From contig JAITQA010000146.1 of NCBI GenBank assembly GCA_031289145.1, forward strand, positions 14,072 to 78,071: 64,000 nt of DNA. The letters run 5' to 3'. This stretch comes from Dysgonamonadaceae bacterium (lineage in GTDB: Bacteria > Bacteroidota > Bacteroidia > Bacteroidales > Azobacteroidaceae). The translations under genes were made by a program, and so were the position numbers. Shown here piece after piece: positions 20,466 through 30,424 of the stretch (the first letter of the stretch is position 1; each line of letters starts with the position of its first letter). The notes under the pieces are model-generated. The model worked only from the letters and a program-made list of their open reading frames with translations. It was not told the origin of the DNA and did no database searches.

Positions 20466-23400
20466 ATGAACTACAAATACCTCTTTGCGCTGATTGTCAG
20501 CCTGCTTTGGATGCTCCCTTGCCGGTCGCAACCGCTTTCCTGTCATTTCGAGCATTATTCCATCGAAAACGGATTACCCCAATACACAATTATGGGCATC
20601 TTGCAAGACAGCAAAGGCTTTATGTGGTTTGCCACATGGAACGGTATTTCCAAGTTCAACGGCCATTCTTTCCAAAATTATAAAGTGCAATCGAGTGACA
20701 GTTATTACATGAACAGCAACCGCATCGAAAGTATGCAGGAAGATAAATATGGTAATATCTGGATGCGCTCTTATGATGGCGCCACCCATTGTTTCGACCC
20801 GCACAGGGAAACATTCAAGAATTTGCAAGCCATTCCCGGATACAAAGATTATCCGGCGCTTTTGTCGAAAATAGAAGTGAAAGAATCGGGGAAAGTATGG
20901 CTGTTAATCGAAAAAAACGGCTGCGTCTGCATCACGGATTCCGTATTTTCGGTACATACTTATAATGTGAACGATGGTCGGCTGAAAGGAAATACCGTCT
21001 TCACCGTTTTCGAGGACAAAAACTACAATTCATGGATATTGACAAATAACGGCTTATTTCTCGCTAAAAACGGACAATACGAAACGACACCTTTCTTTTT
21101 TGATAACAGTCCCAATCGCGATAATCAATCTTTTCGCTCTGCCATCGAACTGAACGACGAAATCTGGTTCGGAGCAAACCGGGGAAGAATCTGGAAATAC
21201 AAAAAATCGACCGGCAAATTCAACTTGCTCGAAACAAATGTAGATTCCTATATCACAGGATTCACGATTTTGTCTGCAAACGAACTGGCCATTGCCACCT
21301 CAAACGATGGGCTGTTGGTCTACCGGCACGACACAAATGCGTTTGAACCTTACCATTCTTCGAACACAAAAGAGCTGAAAAATGACAATATTGAGTTGAT
21401 TGCCTACGACAGTTTGCATCAATTGTGGTTTGTAACAAATGACTTGGGGATATACAAATACGATGCGGATACAAAAAAAATAAAGTATTTTCTCGTAAAA
21501 ACGGAAGACGCCACAATGGCGTCCTCTCCTTCCCTGCCCTTGGTCATCGAAGATATTTTTCACCAAATATGGGTACATCCGAAAGGCGGCGGATTGTCGT
21601 TCTACAACAAACATACCGATAGCTTAGACCCTTTTTACAACGATTCGTCTTCGCCCGATTGGCGGTTTTCCAATATCCTGCATACCGCTTTCACCGACAA
21701 ACAGGGTATTCTCTGGTTCAGTACACGCTCCAATGGTCTGGAAAAGGTGACTTTTGGGAACAACAATTTTAATACGATTGAGATAAACCCGGACATCAAA
21801 TCTTCTACTGCCAACGATGTCCGCGCTGTACTTCAGGACGCTGATAACAATATCTGGGTTGCAACCAAAAACTGCGGACTCGCCCTCTATGACGAATATT
21901 TCAACCGCTTGGGAGACCTTTCCAACGACGGCTCCATCCGTAAAAATCAATTGCTTTCAAGTTCCGTTTACAGCATGATGCAGGACGATGCGGGAAATAT
22001 CTGGGTGGGTACCCGGAACGATGGATTGCTGAAAATCCGAAAAACCGCTCATCCGCTACAATACAGTGTTGAACATTACAGGAAAACTTCCGACCCGTAC
22101 AGTCTCAGCGAAAACGCTATTTACAGTATTTTTCAGGACGCGAAGAAAAATATCTGGATAGGCGCCTACGGTGGCGGCATCAATTTAGTCAAAACCAATC
22201 CGGACGGAAAAATTTCTTTCATCAATTACCGCAACCGCTTGAAAGGCTATCCCATCGAAACCTGCCATCGCGTAAGATATATCTCGGAAAATAAGGCCGG
22301 CAATATCTGTGTCGGTACCACTGCCGGGCTTATCCTGTTTGCATCCGCCTTTTCCACCCCGGAAGAAATTGCATACAAATATTATGCTCGCATCCCCCGT
22401 AATGAGGAAAGTCTGACAAACAATGATATACACGGCATTTGCAATACACGGGACGGAGAAATGTTTATCGCTACCTTCGGAGGTGGATTGAACAAAGTGA
22501 CGGAAGTTGACGCCAAAGGTTTTCCGCTTAAATTCAAATCTTTTACAGTGCAAAACGGATTGCCTTCGGATGTTTGCCTTGCCGTCCTCGAAGATGGGAA
22601 TGGAAAACTGTGGATAAGTGTAGAAAATACACTGATTAAATTTGACCCCAAGGAAGAAAAATTCGAAACTTTCGCCGAGATACGCCGCGTCATAAGTAAA
22701 TACAATTTTTCGGAAGCATCCGCTATCCGATTGGAAAACAATGATATGGTATTTGGTTTTTCGGATGGCATCCTGACTTTTTCCCCGGAAAAAGTAAAGA
22801 GCAGCGAATTCAAACCCTATATCGCCCTTTCCGATTTCAGGTTATTCAACCAAAGTGTGTCCATAGCCGACGAAAATTCGCCTTTGACAAAGGACATAGA
22901 CGACATCGACCACCTGGTATTGAAACACAACCAGAATTTTTTCAGCATAGCCTACAACGCTTTGGATTTCATTTTGCCGGATAATATTCTGTATGCATAT
23001 AAATTAGAGGGTTTTGACAACGACTGGATTTATCCGCAGAAACAGCAAATAGCCAATTATACCAATATCCCCAAAGGGAAATATACTTTCCGGATTAAAT
23101 CGACCAATTATGAAGGCATCTGGGTCGACAATGAGCGGCAATTGTCTGTTCAGATTCTGCCTTCTTTCTGGGAAACCGCCTGGGCGTATAGCTTGTATTT
23201 TCTGTTGCTGCTCTTGTTGGTTTTTTTGATTGTGTATCTTTCCGTCACATTTTACCGCCTGAACAGCAAGATGAAGATGGAAAAACAAGTATCGGAAATC
23301 AAATTACGCTTCTTTACCGATATTTCGCACGAGATACGTACGCCCTTGACCATGATTACAGCGCCTGTCGATTACCTGATTACAGAAAAGGAAACGCCGG

Positions 23401-24851
23401 AAAATATAAGAAAACAATTGAAACTGGTTTCCCAGAATACAAATCGCCTGCTGCATTTAGTCAATCAGATATTGGATTTCAGAAAAGTGCAGCAATTCAA
23501 GCTGGCAGTCAAAGAAACCGATTTGGGTGCGGCAGTGGCAGATTTATGCCATAGTTTTGAGGAAGTCGCCCAAAAACGGAAAATCAACTTCCGGTTTATC
23601 AATCAAGCTGAAAACGAAAAGGTATGGCTCGACCCCGATTGCTTGGAAAAAATCGTAATGAACTTGCTTTCCAATGCATTCAAATACACACAGGACAAGA
23701 AAAGTATCAGGGTCGTAGTAAGAAAAATTGAAAATTCCCTGCAAATCGAAGTGGCCGATGAAGGGAAAGGAATACCCAAGGAAAAACAAAAAAACCTGTT
23801 CACCCGTTTTGCTTCGTTCAACGACGATAAGAGCAAACCCAGCACAGGTATCGGTCTTTTCATCGTGAAAGATTTAGTGGAAAAACACGGTGGAAAAATT
23901 GAAGTCGATAGCGATAGCTATACCGGGAGTGTCTTCACCGTGAGTTTCTTGTGTGGAACCAATCATTTTGGCAAAGAAGTTGAAATCATTGCCACAGAAA
24001 CGCTTTCCCGGACGAATGAATCAATGGCCGACAGTGCAAAGCCCGAACTTGAAGCCGAGCCGGAAAAACAGGATAAAAAGCACAGCCTTTTGGTAGTGGA
24101 AGATGATACGGATTTGAGAAAATTCATCAAAACACTACTCGAAAACGAATATACGGTGATAGAAGCCGTTGACGGCGAGGATGGCTGGGAAAAAGCAAAA
24201 AACACGAATCCGGCGTTCATCGTCAGCGACATCATGATGCCCCGCATGGACGGTATTCAGTTGTTGCAAAAAATAAAAGACGACATCCGCACCAGCCATA
24301 TCCCTGTTGTACTGCTGACCTCGAAGACAACCATTGAGAGCAAGTTGGAAGGACTTGCCCACGGGGCAGACGATTATATCACCAAGCCCTTCAATGTCCC
24401 GTATTTCCGGGCGAGAATCCATAATCTGTTTGAACAGCGGAAACGCCTTCAGGAAATTTACCGGAACCAACTGACCGAGTTGAGCGAACCGGAACCGGAA
24501 GAACCGAAACCGTTCATCATTAGCTTGCAGGACGAGAACATATTGAAAAAAGCCGTCCGGATTGTTGAAGAGAACATGGATAACAGTGATTTTTCCGTTG
24601 AAGAATTATGCCTCGCCGTGGGAATGAGTCGTTCGGTCTTTTTCAATAAGGTGAAAAGCCTGACCGGTCTTGCCCCCATCGAATTTATCCGTGACCTGAA
24701 AATGAAACGGGCAGCCCAATTACTCGCCACCAATGATTATTTGGTAAAAGAAGTTTCGTTCATGGTGGGAATATCCGATACCAAATACTTCGGCAAATGC
24801 TTCAAAACCAAATACGGCGTAACACCACAAGCATACAAAAACTATCAATAA
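20466..24851 (+). CDS. Hybrid two-component system (beta-propeller sensor, HisKA, HATPase, REC, AraC HTH)
   Basis: Reg_prop repeats (DNNIWVATKNCGL, NIWVGT), Y_Y_Y domain (NYTNIPKGKYTFRIKSTN), TM helix, H-box FFTDISHEIRTPLT, STGIGLFIVK, REC SDIMMPRMDG and GADDYITKPF, HTH SDTKYFGKCFKTKYGVTP. Confidence 0.96.
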   Translation: MNYKYLFALIVSLLWMLPCRSQPLSCHFEHYSIENGLPQYTIMGILQDSKGFMWFATWNGISKFNGHSFQNYKVQSSDSYYMNSNRIESMQEDKYGNIWMRSYDGATHCFDPHRETFKNLQAIPGYKDYPALLSKIEVKESGKVWLLIEKNGCVCITDSVFSVHTYNVNDGRLKGNTVFTVFEDKNYNSWILTNNGLFLAKNGQYETTPFFFDNSPNRDNQSFRSAIELNDEIWFGANRGRIWKYKKSTGKFNLLETNVDSYITGFTILSANELAIATSNDGLLVYRHDTNAFEPYHSSNTKELKNDNIELIAYDSLHQLWFVTNDLGIYKYDADTKKIKYFLVKTEDATMASSPSLPLVIEDIFHQIWVHPKGGGLSFYNKHTDSLDPFYNDSSSPDWRFSNILHTAFTDKQGILWFSTRSNGLEKVTFGNNNFNTIEINPDIKSSTANDVRAVLQDADNNIWVATKNCGLALYDEYFNRLGDLSNDGSIRKNQLLSSSVYSMMQDDAGNIWVGTRNDGLLKIRKTAHPLQYSVEHYRKTSDPYSLSENAIYSIFQDAKKNIWIGAYGGGINLVKTNPDGKISFINYRNRLKGYPIETCHRVRYISENKAGNICVGTTAGLILFASAFSTPEEIAYKYYARIPRNEESLTNNDIHGICNTRDGEMFIATFGGGLNKVTEVDAKGFPLKFKSFTVQNGLPSDVCLAVLEDGNGKLWISVENTLIKFDPKEEKFETFAEIRRVISKYNFSEASAIRLENNDMVFGFSDGILTFSPEKVKSSEFKPYIALSDFRLFNQSVSIADENSPLTKDIDDIDHLVLKHNQNFFSIAYNALDFILPDNILYAYKLEGFDNDWIYPQKQQIANYTNIPKGKYTFRIKSTNYEGIWVDNERQLSVQILPSFWETAWAYSLYFLLLLLLVFLIVYLSVTFYRLNSKMKMEKQVSEIKLRFFTDISHEIRTPLTMITAPVDYLITEKETPENIRKQLKLVSQNTNRLLHLVNQILDFRKVQQFKLAVKETDLGAAVADLCHSFEEVAQKRKINFRFINQAENEKVWLDPDCLEKIVMNLLSNAFKYTQDKKSIRVVVRKIENSLQIEVADEGKGIPKEKQKNLFTRFASFNDDKSKPSTGIGLFIVKDLVEKHGGKIEVDSDSYTGSVFTVSFLCGTNHFGKEVEIIATETLSRTNESMADSAKPELEAEPEKQDKKHSLLVVEDDTDLRKFIKTLLENEYTVIEAVDGEDGWEKAKNTNPAFIVSDIMMPRMDGIQLLQKIKDDIRTSHIPVVLLTSKTTIESKLEGLAHGADDYITKPFNVPYFRARIHNLFEQRKRLQEIYRNQLTELSEPEPEEPKPFIISLQDENILKKAVRIVEENMDNSDFSVEELCLAVGMSRSVFFNKVKSLTGLAPIEFIRDLKMKRAAQLLATNDYLVKEVSFMVGISDTKYFGKCFKTKYGVTPQAYKNYQ

Positions 24852-24858
24852 AAACGAC

Positions 24859-25323
24859 ATGAAATCATCCTTATTTGCTTTTTCACTTATTACCGTCCTG
24901 TTATTTTTCAACTGTTCCGGCACCAAACAAGTTACGGGTTCGAATGAAAAAAATAGCGTAGCAAGCAAAGTTCAAGCTGAAAATTTCCCCCAAACAACGG
25001 AAGATGAGAAAATCTATACCGAAGTTGATGAAGCGCCGCAATTCGACGGTGGTCTGCCAAGCTTGTTTAATTGGTTGGCAAATAATATTTCATTCCCGCT
25101 AAAAGCCATGGAACAACGTGTTAACGGTAGAGTTGTGGCTTTGTTTATTGTAACTTCAACCGGTAAGATTAAGAATGTTACGATTACACAATCGCTTTCG
25201 CGGGAATGTGATGCGGAAGTTGTGAATAAACTGAAAAAAATGCCTGACTGGATTCCGGGAAAATTGAATGGAAGGCCGGTAAGTACATGGTATAGCCTGC
25301 CGGTATCATTCAGGATGCGGTGA
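24859..25323 (+). CDS. Lipoprotein with TonB C-terminal domain
   Basis: Lipobox LLFFNC-SG; PQFDGG...ISFP...GRVVALFIVTSTGKI...DAEV...WIPGKLNGRPVSTWYSLPVSF. Confidence 0.8.
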   Translation: MKSSLFAFSLITVLLFFNCSGTKQVTGSNEKNSVASKVQAENFPQTTEDEKIYTEVDEAPQFDGGLPSLFNWLANNISFPLKAMEQRVNGRVVALFIVTSTGKIKNVTITQSLSRECDAEVVNKLKKMPDWIPGKLNGRPVSTWYSLPVSFRMR

Positions 25324-25336
25324 AATTTAGCATATT

Positions 25337-25370
25337 TTTGCTGCATAATTAAAAAAAATTGATACCTTTG
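25337..25370 (+). promoter_or_regulatory. SigmaA-type promoter for the SDR gene
   Basis: TTTG 25337-25340 and TACCTTTG 25363-25370. Confidence 0.5.
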
Positions 25371-25409
25371 TATCATTAAATTTTGAAAAATTGATATAAT
25401 TATTTTTTT

Positions 25410-26225
25410 ATGGGTAACTTATTTAGTATTAAGGATAAAGTTGCGGTAGTAACCGGAGCTGGAGGCGTTTTAGGCGGTAGTATTTCCAAAAGTCTGGCAC
25501 AGGGAGGCGCCAGAATAGTTGTGTTGGATATCCGACAGGAAAATATTGACACCCAAGTTAATAGCATAAAGTCTTTGGGTGGAGAAGCTATTGGCTTTCT
25601 TTGCAATGTGCTGAGCATGGAAAGTTTAGAAGAAACAATAAAAAAGATTATTGAAAAATGGAAATGCATTGATATTCTGATCAATTGTGCCGGAGGAAAT
25701 GTACCGGGCGCTACACTTTCTCCCGATCAGACTGTTTTTGACATGAAAATCGAAGATTGGGAAAAAGTAATCAGCCTGAACCAAAACGGTACGGTTTATC
25801 CCTGTCTGGCATTTGGAAAAGAAATGGCTAAACAGAAGAAAGGCAGTATTATCAACATTTCGTCGATGGCTACCTATTCAGCCCTGACACGTGTTCCCGG
25901 CTATTCGGTAGCCAAAACGGGAATTAATATTTTCACCAAATGGTTGGCAACGGAAATGGCACAGAAATTCGGTGAAGGCGTTCGTGTAAATGCCATTGCA
26001 CCCGGATTTTTCATCGGAGACCAAAACAGGGCGGTTTTAATCAACCCGGACGGTTCTCTGACCGATAGAAGTAAAAAAGTATTGGCCAAAACACCTATGG
26101 GAAGATTTGGCGATATCACAGAATTAAACGGCGCTGTTCAGTTTTTGTGTTCAGATGCCGCAAGTTTCATTACGGGCGCAATCCTTCCGATTGATGGGGG
26201 TTTCAGTGCGTTCAGCGGCGTTTAA
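25410..26225 (+). CDS. uxuB: SDR oxidoreductase, D-mannonate oxidoreductase/fructuronate reductase-like
   Basis: TGAGGVLG NAD motif, NCAGGN, YSVAK catalytic motif, VNAIAPGFFIGDQNR, PIDGGFSAFSGV, resembling the Bacteroides uronate-pathway SDR; next to a pectin PUL. Symbol is tentative. Confidence 0.65.
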   Translation: MGNLFSIKDKVAVVTGAGGVLGGSISKSLAQGGARIVVLDIRQENIDTQVNSIKSLGGEAIGFLCNVLSMESLEETIKKIIEKWKCIDILINCAGGNVPGATLSPDQTVFDMKIEDWEKVISLNQNGTVYPCLAFGKEMAKQKKGSIINISSMATYSALTRVPGYSVAKTGINIFTKWLATEMAQKFGEGVRVNAIAPGFFIGDQNRAVLINPDGSLTDRSKKVLAKTPMGRFGDITELNGAVQFLCSDAASFITGAILPIDGGFSAFSGV

Positions 26226-26251
26226 TAGACACCCAAAAGCATGACTCCACT

Positions 26252-26283
26252 CTCTCTTCCCTTTGTGAGGAGGGGGTCGGGAG
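26252..26283. repeat. Degenerate REP-like GC-rich hairpin
   Basis: ctctcttc-cctttgt-gaggaggg followed by gtcgggag in the SDR-GHL10 spacer; pairing needs G-U pairs. Confidence 0.35.
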
Positions 26284-26298
26284 CGCGATATTTCCATT

Positions 26299-27756
26299 AT
26301 GAAACGAACTTATTTTCTCCTTTTTTTTGCCTGCGCCTGCGCCTGCATCCGGGCGCATCCGAAGCAGGAGATAAGAGCCGTATGGTTGACCGTTAACTAT
26401 GGATTGGATTGGCCTGAAAAACCGTTTCAGAATGTCCAAGACATCGTTCGACAGCAATACGAATTGGACCAAATCCTCGACAAACTGGGAAAGTCCCATA
26501 TCAATACGATTTTTATTCAGACACGGATGGGAGGAAATGTTATTTATCCATCCAAAATAGAATCACGCAGCGAATATATCAGAAGTCCGTATGCTACGGC
26601 TGATTATGATCCTTTGGCCTATATGGTGAACGCTTGTCATAAACGGGGAATGGAATGTCATGCATGGTTTGTCGTTTATCCCTTTGGACGGGAAAAAAGC
26701 AAGCATTCCGGCATCATGAAGAACAATAAAAACGGCGTAAAAACGCTCAAAAAAGAATTGTATTTAGACCCCGGATATCCGGGAACGACGTCTTATTTGA
26801 CCGGTATTATCCGGGAAATTGTCTCGTCTTACGATATTGACGGCATTCATTTCGATTACATCCGTTATCCCAATAACGCCAATTTCCCGGACCAGGATAC
26901 TTACAGCCGCTATGGAAGCGGAAAAAACAAAGCCGATTGGCGAAGAGAAAATATAAATCGCTTCGTCTATACGGCTTACGATGCTATAAAATCTTTAAAG
27001 CCTTGGGTTCAGGTAAGCAGCTCTGTTGTAGGAATGTATAAAAACATACCGGAAAACGCCCGCAAACATTGGACAGCCTATCATTCGGTTTTCCAAGATC
27101 CGATTGATTGGTTAAGCAAGGGGAAACACGATTTTATTGTGCCGATGATGTATTATTCCGACAATTTATTCTTCCCGTTTGTACAAGATTGGATGGCAAA
27201 AAGCACAGGACGTTATATCGTACCCGGTTTAGGCCTTTTCCAGATGAATGAAAAAGAAGCCGCCTGGGATGAGGAAACATTGTTGGAACAGATGCAGTAT
27301 TCCCGCAATAAGCATACTGCCGGTAATGCATTTTTCAGAGCGCAATCGTTGATGGAAAACCAGAAAGGAATTTTGGACAAGATGAACACGCGATTTTACA
27401 CCTGTCCGGCTTTGTTGCCTGCTTTGACTTGGTTAAGTAATAAAGTCCCTTCTTCCCCATCTTTGATTCGTGCGGAAAAATCAAACAAATACTTACAGTT
27501 GAAATGGGACAAAGTGTTCCAAAAAGAAAATCAAGCGATTTATTACAATATTTATCGCGCCGAAACGATCCCTGTTGACATCGAAAATTCCGAAAATTTG
27601 GTCGCTATGCGAATCATGGAAAATCATTATGAAATTTCTATCGACCACTCGAAAGAAACAGGATATTATTATGTTGTAACAAGCTATGACAGGTATCACA
27701 ATGAAAGTCGGGCTTCAGCTCCCGCTTATTTTGTAACAGGCAATTTCGAAAAATAA
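26299..27756 (+). CDS. Glycosyl hydrolase-like family 10 (YddW/DigH-like) with C-terminal FN3
   Basis: Signal peptide; EIRAVWLTVNYGLDWP, YDPLAYMVNACHKRGMECHAW, YDIDGIHFDYIRYP, DFIVPMMY, YYYVVTSYDRYHNES. Confidence 0.85.
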   Translation: MKRTYFLLFFACACACIRAHPKQEIRAVWLTVNYGLDWPEKPFQNVQDIVRQQYELDQILDKLGKSHINTIFIQTRMGGNVIYPSKIESRSEYIRSPYATADYDPLAYMVNACHKRGMECHAWFVVYPFGREKSKHSGIMKNNKNGVKTLKKELYLDPGYPGTTSYLTGIIREIVSSYDIDGIHFDYIRYPNNANFPDQDTYSRYGSGKNKADWRRENINRFVYTAYDAIKSLKPWVQVSSSVVGMYKNIPENARKHWTAYHSVFQDPIDWLSKGKHDFIVPMMYYSDNLFFPFVQDWMAKSTGRYIVPGLGLFQMNEKEAAWDEETLLEQMQYSRNKHTAGNAFFRAQSLMENQKGILDKMNTRFYTCPALLPALTWLSNKVPSSPSLIRAEKSNKYLQLKWDKVFQKENQAIYYNIYRAETIPVDIENSENLVAMRIMENHYEISIDHSKETGYYYVVTSYDRYHNESRASAPAYFVTGNFEK

Positions 27757-27767
27757 AAAATAGTACG

Positions 27768-29894
27768 ATGACACAAGACATTTTCTCCAAACTTATTTCC
27801 CAAGCGCTCGCTATTTCCGAAAAGCAAATTTCCAGCACAATCGATTTGTTGGACGAAGGGGCTACCATTCCCTTTATCAGCCGTTACCGGAAAGAAGCGA
27901 CCGGTGGATTGAATGAAGTCCAAATCGGAGATATCAAACAACAATACGAGAAATTGAAGGAGTTAGAGAAACGCAAAGCGACTATTCTCCATTCGATAGA
28001 AGAGCAAGGTAAACTGACGCCCGAATTGAAAACAAGAATCGAAAATTCATGGAATGCCACGGAAATAGAAGATATTTACCTGCCGTACAAGCCCAAGAAA
28101 CAAACCAAAGCCGAAATTGCCCGCAAAAAAGGACTCGAACCTTTGGCCAAAATATTGATGGTGCAAAACGAACAGGACATAACCGCCAAGGCTGAGCGCT
28201 TTCTCAATGGGGACGTAAAAAATGTGGAGGAAGCTTTGCAAGGCGCCCGCGACATCATTGCCGAATGGGTGAACGAAAGCGAACCGGCACGCAACTCCAT
28301 ACGAAATATTTTCCGGCGCGAAGCAGTGATTTCTGCCAAAGTGATAAAAGAGAAAGAAAAAGAAGGCGCAAAATTCAGGGATTATTTTGAATTTAGCGAA
28401 CCGCTTTCAAAATGTTCTTCACACCGGCTTTTGGCTATGCGGCGCGGCGAAACGGAGGGCATACTTCGGCTTTCTATTTCGCCCGATGATGAACATGCGT
28501 TGGAAGCTTTGTACCGCCGTTTCGTCAAAGGAAGAACCGCATCCTCGGAACAAGTCGAAACCGCTGTCAAAGACGGGTATAAACGATTGCTTAAGCCTTC
28601 TATTGAGACGGAATTTTCCGCTTTGTCCAAGGAAAAGGCCGATGTGGAAGCTATCAAGGTGTTTGCCGAAAACCTGCGTCAACTGCTGCTGTCCCCTCCA
28701 TTGGGTCAAAAACGGGTGATGGGAATTGACCCCGGATTCCGCACCGGTTGCAAATTGGTTTGCCTTGATGCACAGGGAAATTTGCTGCACAACGAAACAA
28801 TTTATCCGCATCCGCCACAGAACGAACGACATGGCGCAAGATCAAAAATCATTGCCCTGGCAAACACTTACGCCATCGACGCCATTGCCATTGGCAACGG
28901 AACCGCCAGTCGGGAAACCGAACAGATTATTTCCAATATCCCGTTCGAAAAAGACATTACCGTGTTTGTAGTCAGCGAAGACGGCGCCTCTGTCTACTCA
29001 GCATCCAAGACGGCAAGGGACGAATTTCCGGAATACGATGTGACGGTTCGCGGCGCCATAAGCATAGGACGACGATTGATGGATCCTTTGGCCGAACTGG
29101 TAAAAATAGACCCTAAATCAATTGGCGTCGGACAATACCAGCACGATGTAAACCAGCCGGAACTGAAAAAATCTTTGGATCAGACAGTTGAAAACTGTGT
29201 CAATCAGGTGGGGGTAAACCTGAATACCGCCAGCAAACATCTGCTGACATACGTTTCCGGTTTAGGCCCGGCTCTGGCGCAAAACATTGTGGACTACCGC
29301 AGTCAGAACGGGCCATTCAAGTCGCGACGGGAACTGATGAAAGTACCCCGCCTGGGAGATAAATCTTTCGAGCAGGCAGCCGGATTCCTTCGGATTCCCG
29401 GGGCGGAAAATCCATTGGACAACTCAGCCGTACATCCGGAGAGCTACTATATTGTGGAAACCATGGCTAAGAATTTGAATTGCAAAGTAAGCGACCTGAT
29501 CAAAGACAAGGAACTGAAAAACAAAATCCGCCCGGAAGAATACCTCTCCGAAAAAACCGGTATGCCTACCCTGCTTGATATCCTGCAGGAATTGGATAAG
29601 CCCGGTCGCGACCCGCGCCAAAGCATCAAAGTGTTTGCGTTCGATCACAATGTGAGGACTATCCATGACTTGCAGGAAGGACAAACGCTACCCGGTATCG
29701 TAAGCAACATCACCAATTTCGGTTGTTTTGTCGATATCGGCATCAAGGAAAAAGGACTGGTACACGTGTCAAATATGGCCAAAGCCTACGTGTCCGATCC
29801 TACAAAGATAGTTTCTGTTCATCAACATGTTATGGTGAAAATCCTGAATGTGGATTTGGAAAGAGGGCGGATACAATTGAGTTTGAATGTATAA
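27768..29894 (+). CDS. tex: Tex family transcriptional accessory RNA-binding protein
   Basis: GATIPFISRYRKEATGGL, GIDPGFRTGCK, SIGRRLMDPLAELVKIDPKSIGVGQYQHDV, HhH repeats, C-terminal S1 domain. Confidence 0.95.
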   Translation: MTQDIFSKLISQALAISEKQISSTIDLLDEGATIPFISRYRKEATGGLNEVQIGDIKQQYEKLKELEKRKATILHSIEEQGKLTPELKTRIENSWNATEIEDIYLPYKPKKQTKAEIARKKGLEPLAKILMVQNEQDITAKAERFLNGDVKNVEEALQGARDIIAEWVNESEPARNSIRNIFRREAVISAKVIKEKEKEGAKFRDYFEFSEPLSKCSSHRLLAMRRGETEGILRLSISPDDEHALEALYRRFVKGRTASSEQVETAVKDGYKRLLKPSIETEFSALSKEKADVEAIKVFAENLRQLLLSPPLGQKRVMGIDPGFRTGCKLVCLDAQGNLLHNETIYPHPPQNERHGARSKIIALANTYAIDAIAIGNGTASRETEQIISNIPFEKDITVFVVSEDGASVYSASKTARDEFPEYDVTVRGAISIGRRLMDPLAELVKIDPKSIGVGQYQHDVNQPELKKSLDQTVENCVNQVGVNLNTASKHLLTYVSGLGPALAQNIVDYRSQNGPFKSRRELMKVPRLGDKSFEQAAGFLRIPGAENPLDNSAVHPESYYIVETMAKNLNCKVSDLIKDKELKNKIRPEEYLSEKTGMPTLLDILQELDKPGRDPRQSIKVFAFDHNVRTIHDLQEGQTLPGIVSNITNFGCFVDIGIKEKGLVHVSNMAKAYVSDPTKIVSVHQHVMVKILNVDLERGRIQLSLNV

Positions 29895-29898
29895 TTAA

Positions 29899-30378
29899 TT
29901 ACAAATCAAAAACTACGCTCATAATCAGATTAAAAACCCCGTGTATCGTTGCCGTAAGTACTACGGCGAAAAAATAGTCCTTTTGTTTTTTGAAAATTAA
30001 AAAAGCGGTAGCCAGAATCCATCCGCCTATAAAACCATATAAAATATATAATACACAATACAAATGCTGCAAACCAAAGCATAAAGAAGATATGAATATG
30101 AGTACCCAATAGGGTATGTTTTTAAGGTAAGACAGCAAATAAATCGGCAGTAACTGGCAAAGCAATGTTTCTATTACCGGAACTATAATAACAGAAATCA
30201 TAATTGTTAAAAAAAGAGAGTCCACTTTTTCCGGTCCCTCAAAATCTCCAAAATGAGCTATATACCAAGGCAATATTAATTGTGTAAGAAAAAACACAAT
30301 CAACATACAGATCAGTGATATACAGACAATCCATGCGGGATGAAATTTAGCTGATTTTTCAATAAAATTTTTAGTCAT
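29899..30378 (-). CDS. CPBP/Abi-family intramembrane glutamic protease-like protein (possible bacteriocin immunity)
   Basis: Multi-TM; PVIETLLCQ (degenerate EExxxR), FGLQH, HGVFN; AT-rich (32% GC in the 60-nt line at 30001). ATG 30378 is preferred over GTG 30390. Confidence 0.75.
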   Translation of the reverse strand: MTKNFIEKSAKFHPAWIVCISLICMLIVFFLTQLILPWYIAHFGDFEGPEKVDSLFLTIMISVIIVPVIETLLCQLLPIYLLSYLKNIPYWVLIFISSLCFGLQHLYCVLYILYGFIGGWILATAFLIFKKQKDYFFAVVLTATIHGVFNLIMSVVFDL

Positions 30379-30424
30379 AACACATTTCACTCACGCCATA
30401 AGCGTTCAAATCCAAATTTTTCAT
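30371..30424 (-). pseudogene. Truncated bacteriocin-type precursor (leader remnant MKNLDLNAYGVSEMCYD*)
   Basis: Manual translation; the first 14 residues resemble Bacteroidota double-Gly leaders (recalled pattern MKNLDLNxYGVxEM...GG), but the GG and core are missing; overlaps the CPBP start; TACCTTTG box upstream at 30525-30532. Confidence 0.55.

Noticed and set aside
29882-29910. Imperfect palindrome across the convergent tex/CPBP stops as an insertion-site signature
   Set aside because: AT-rich and weakly paired; at most a weak bidirectional terminator.
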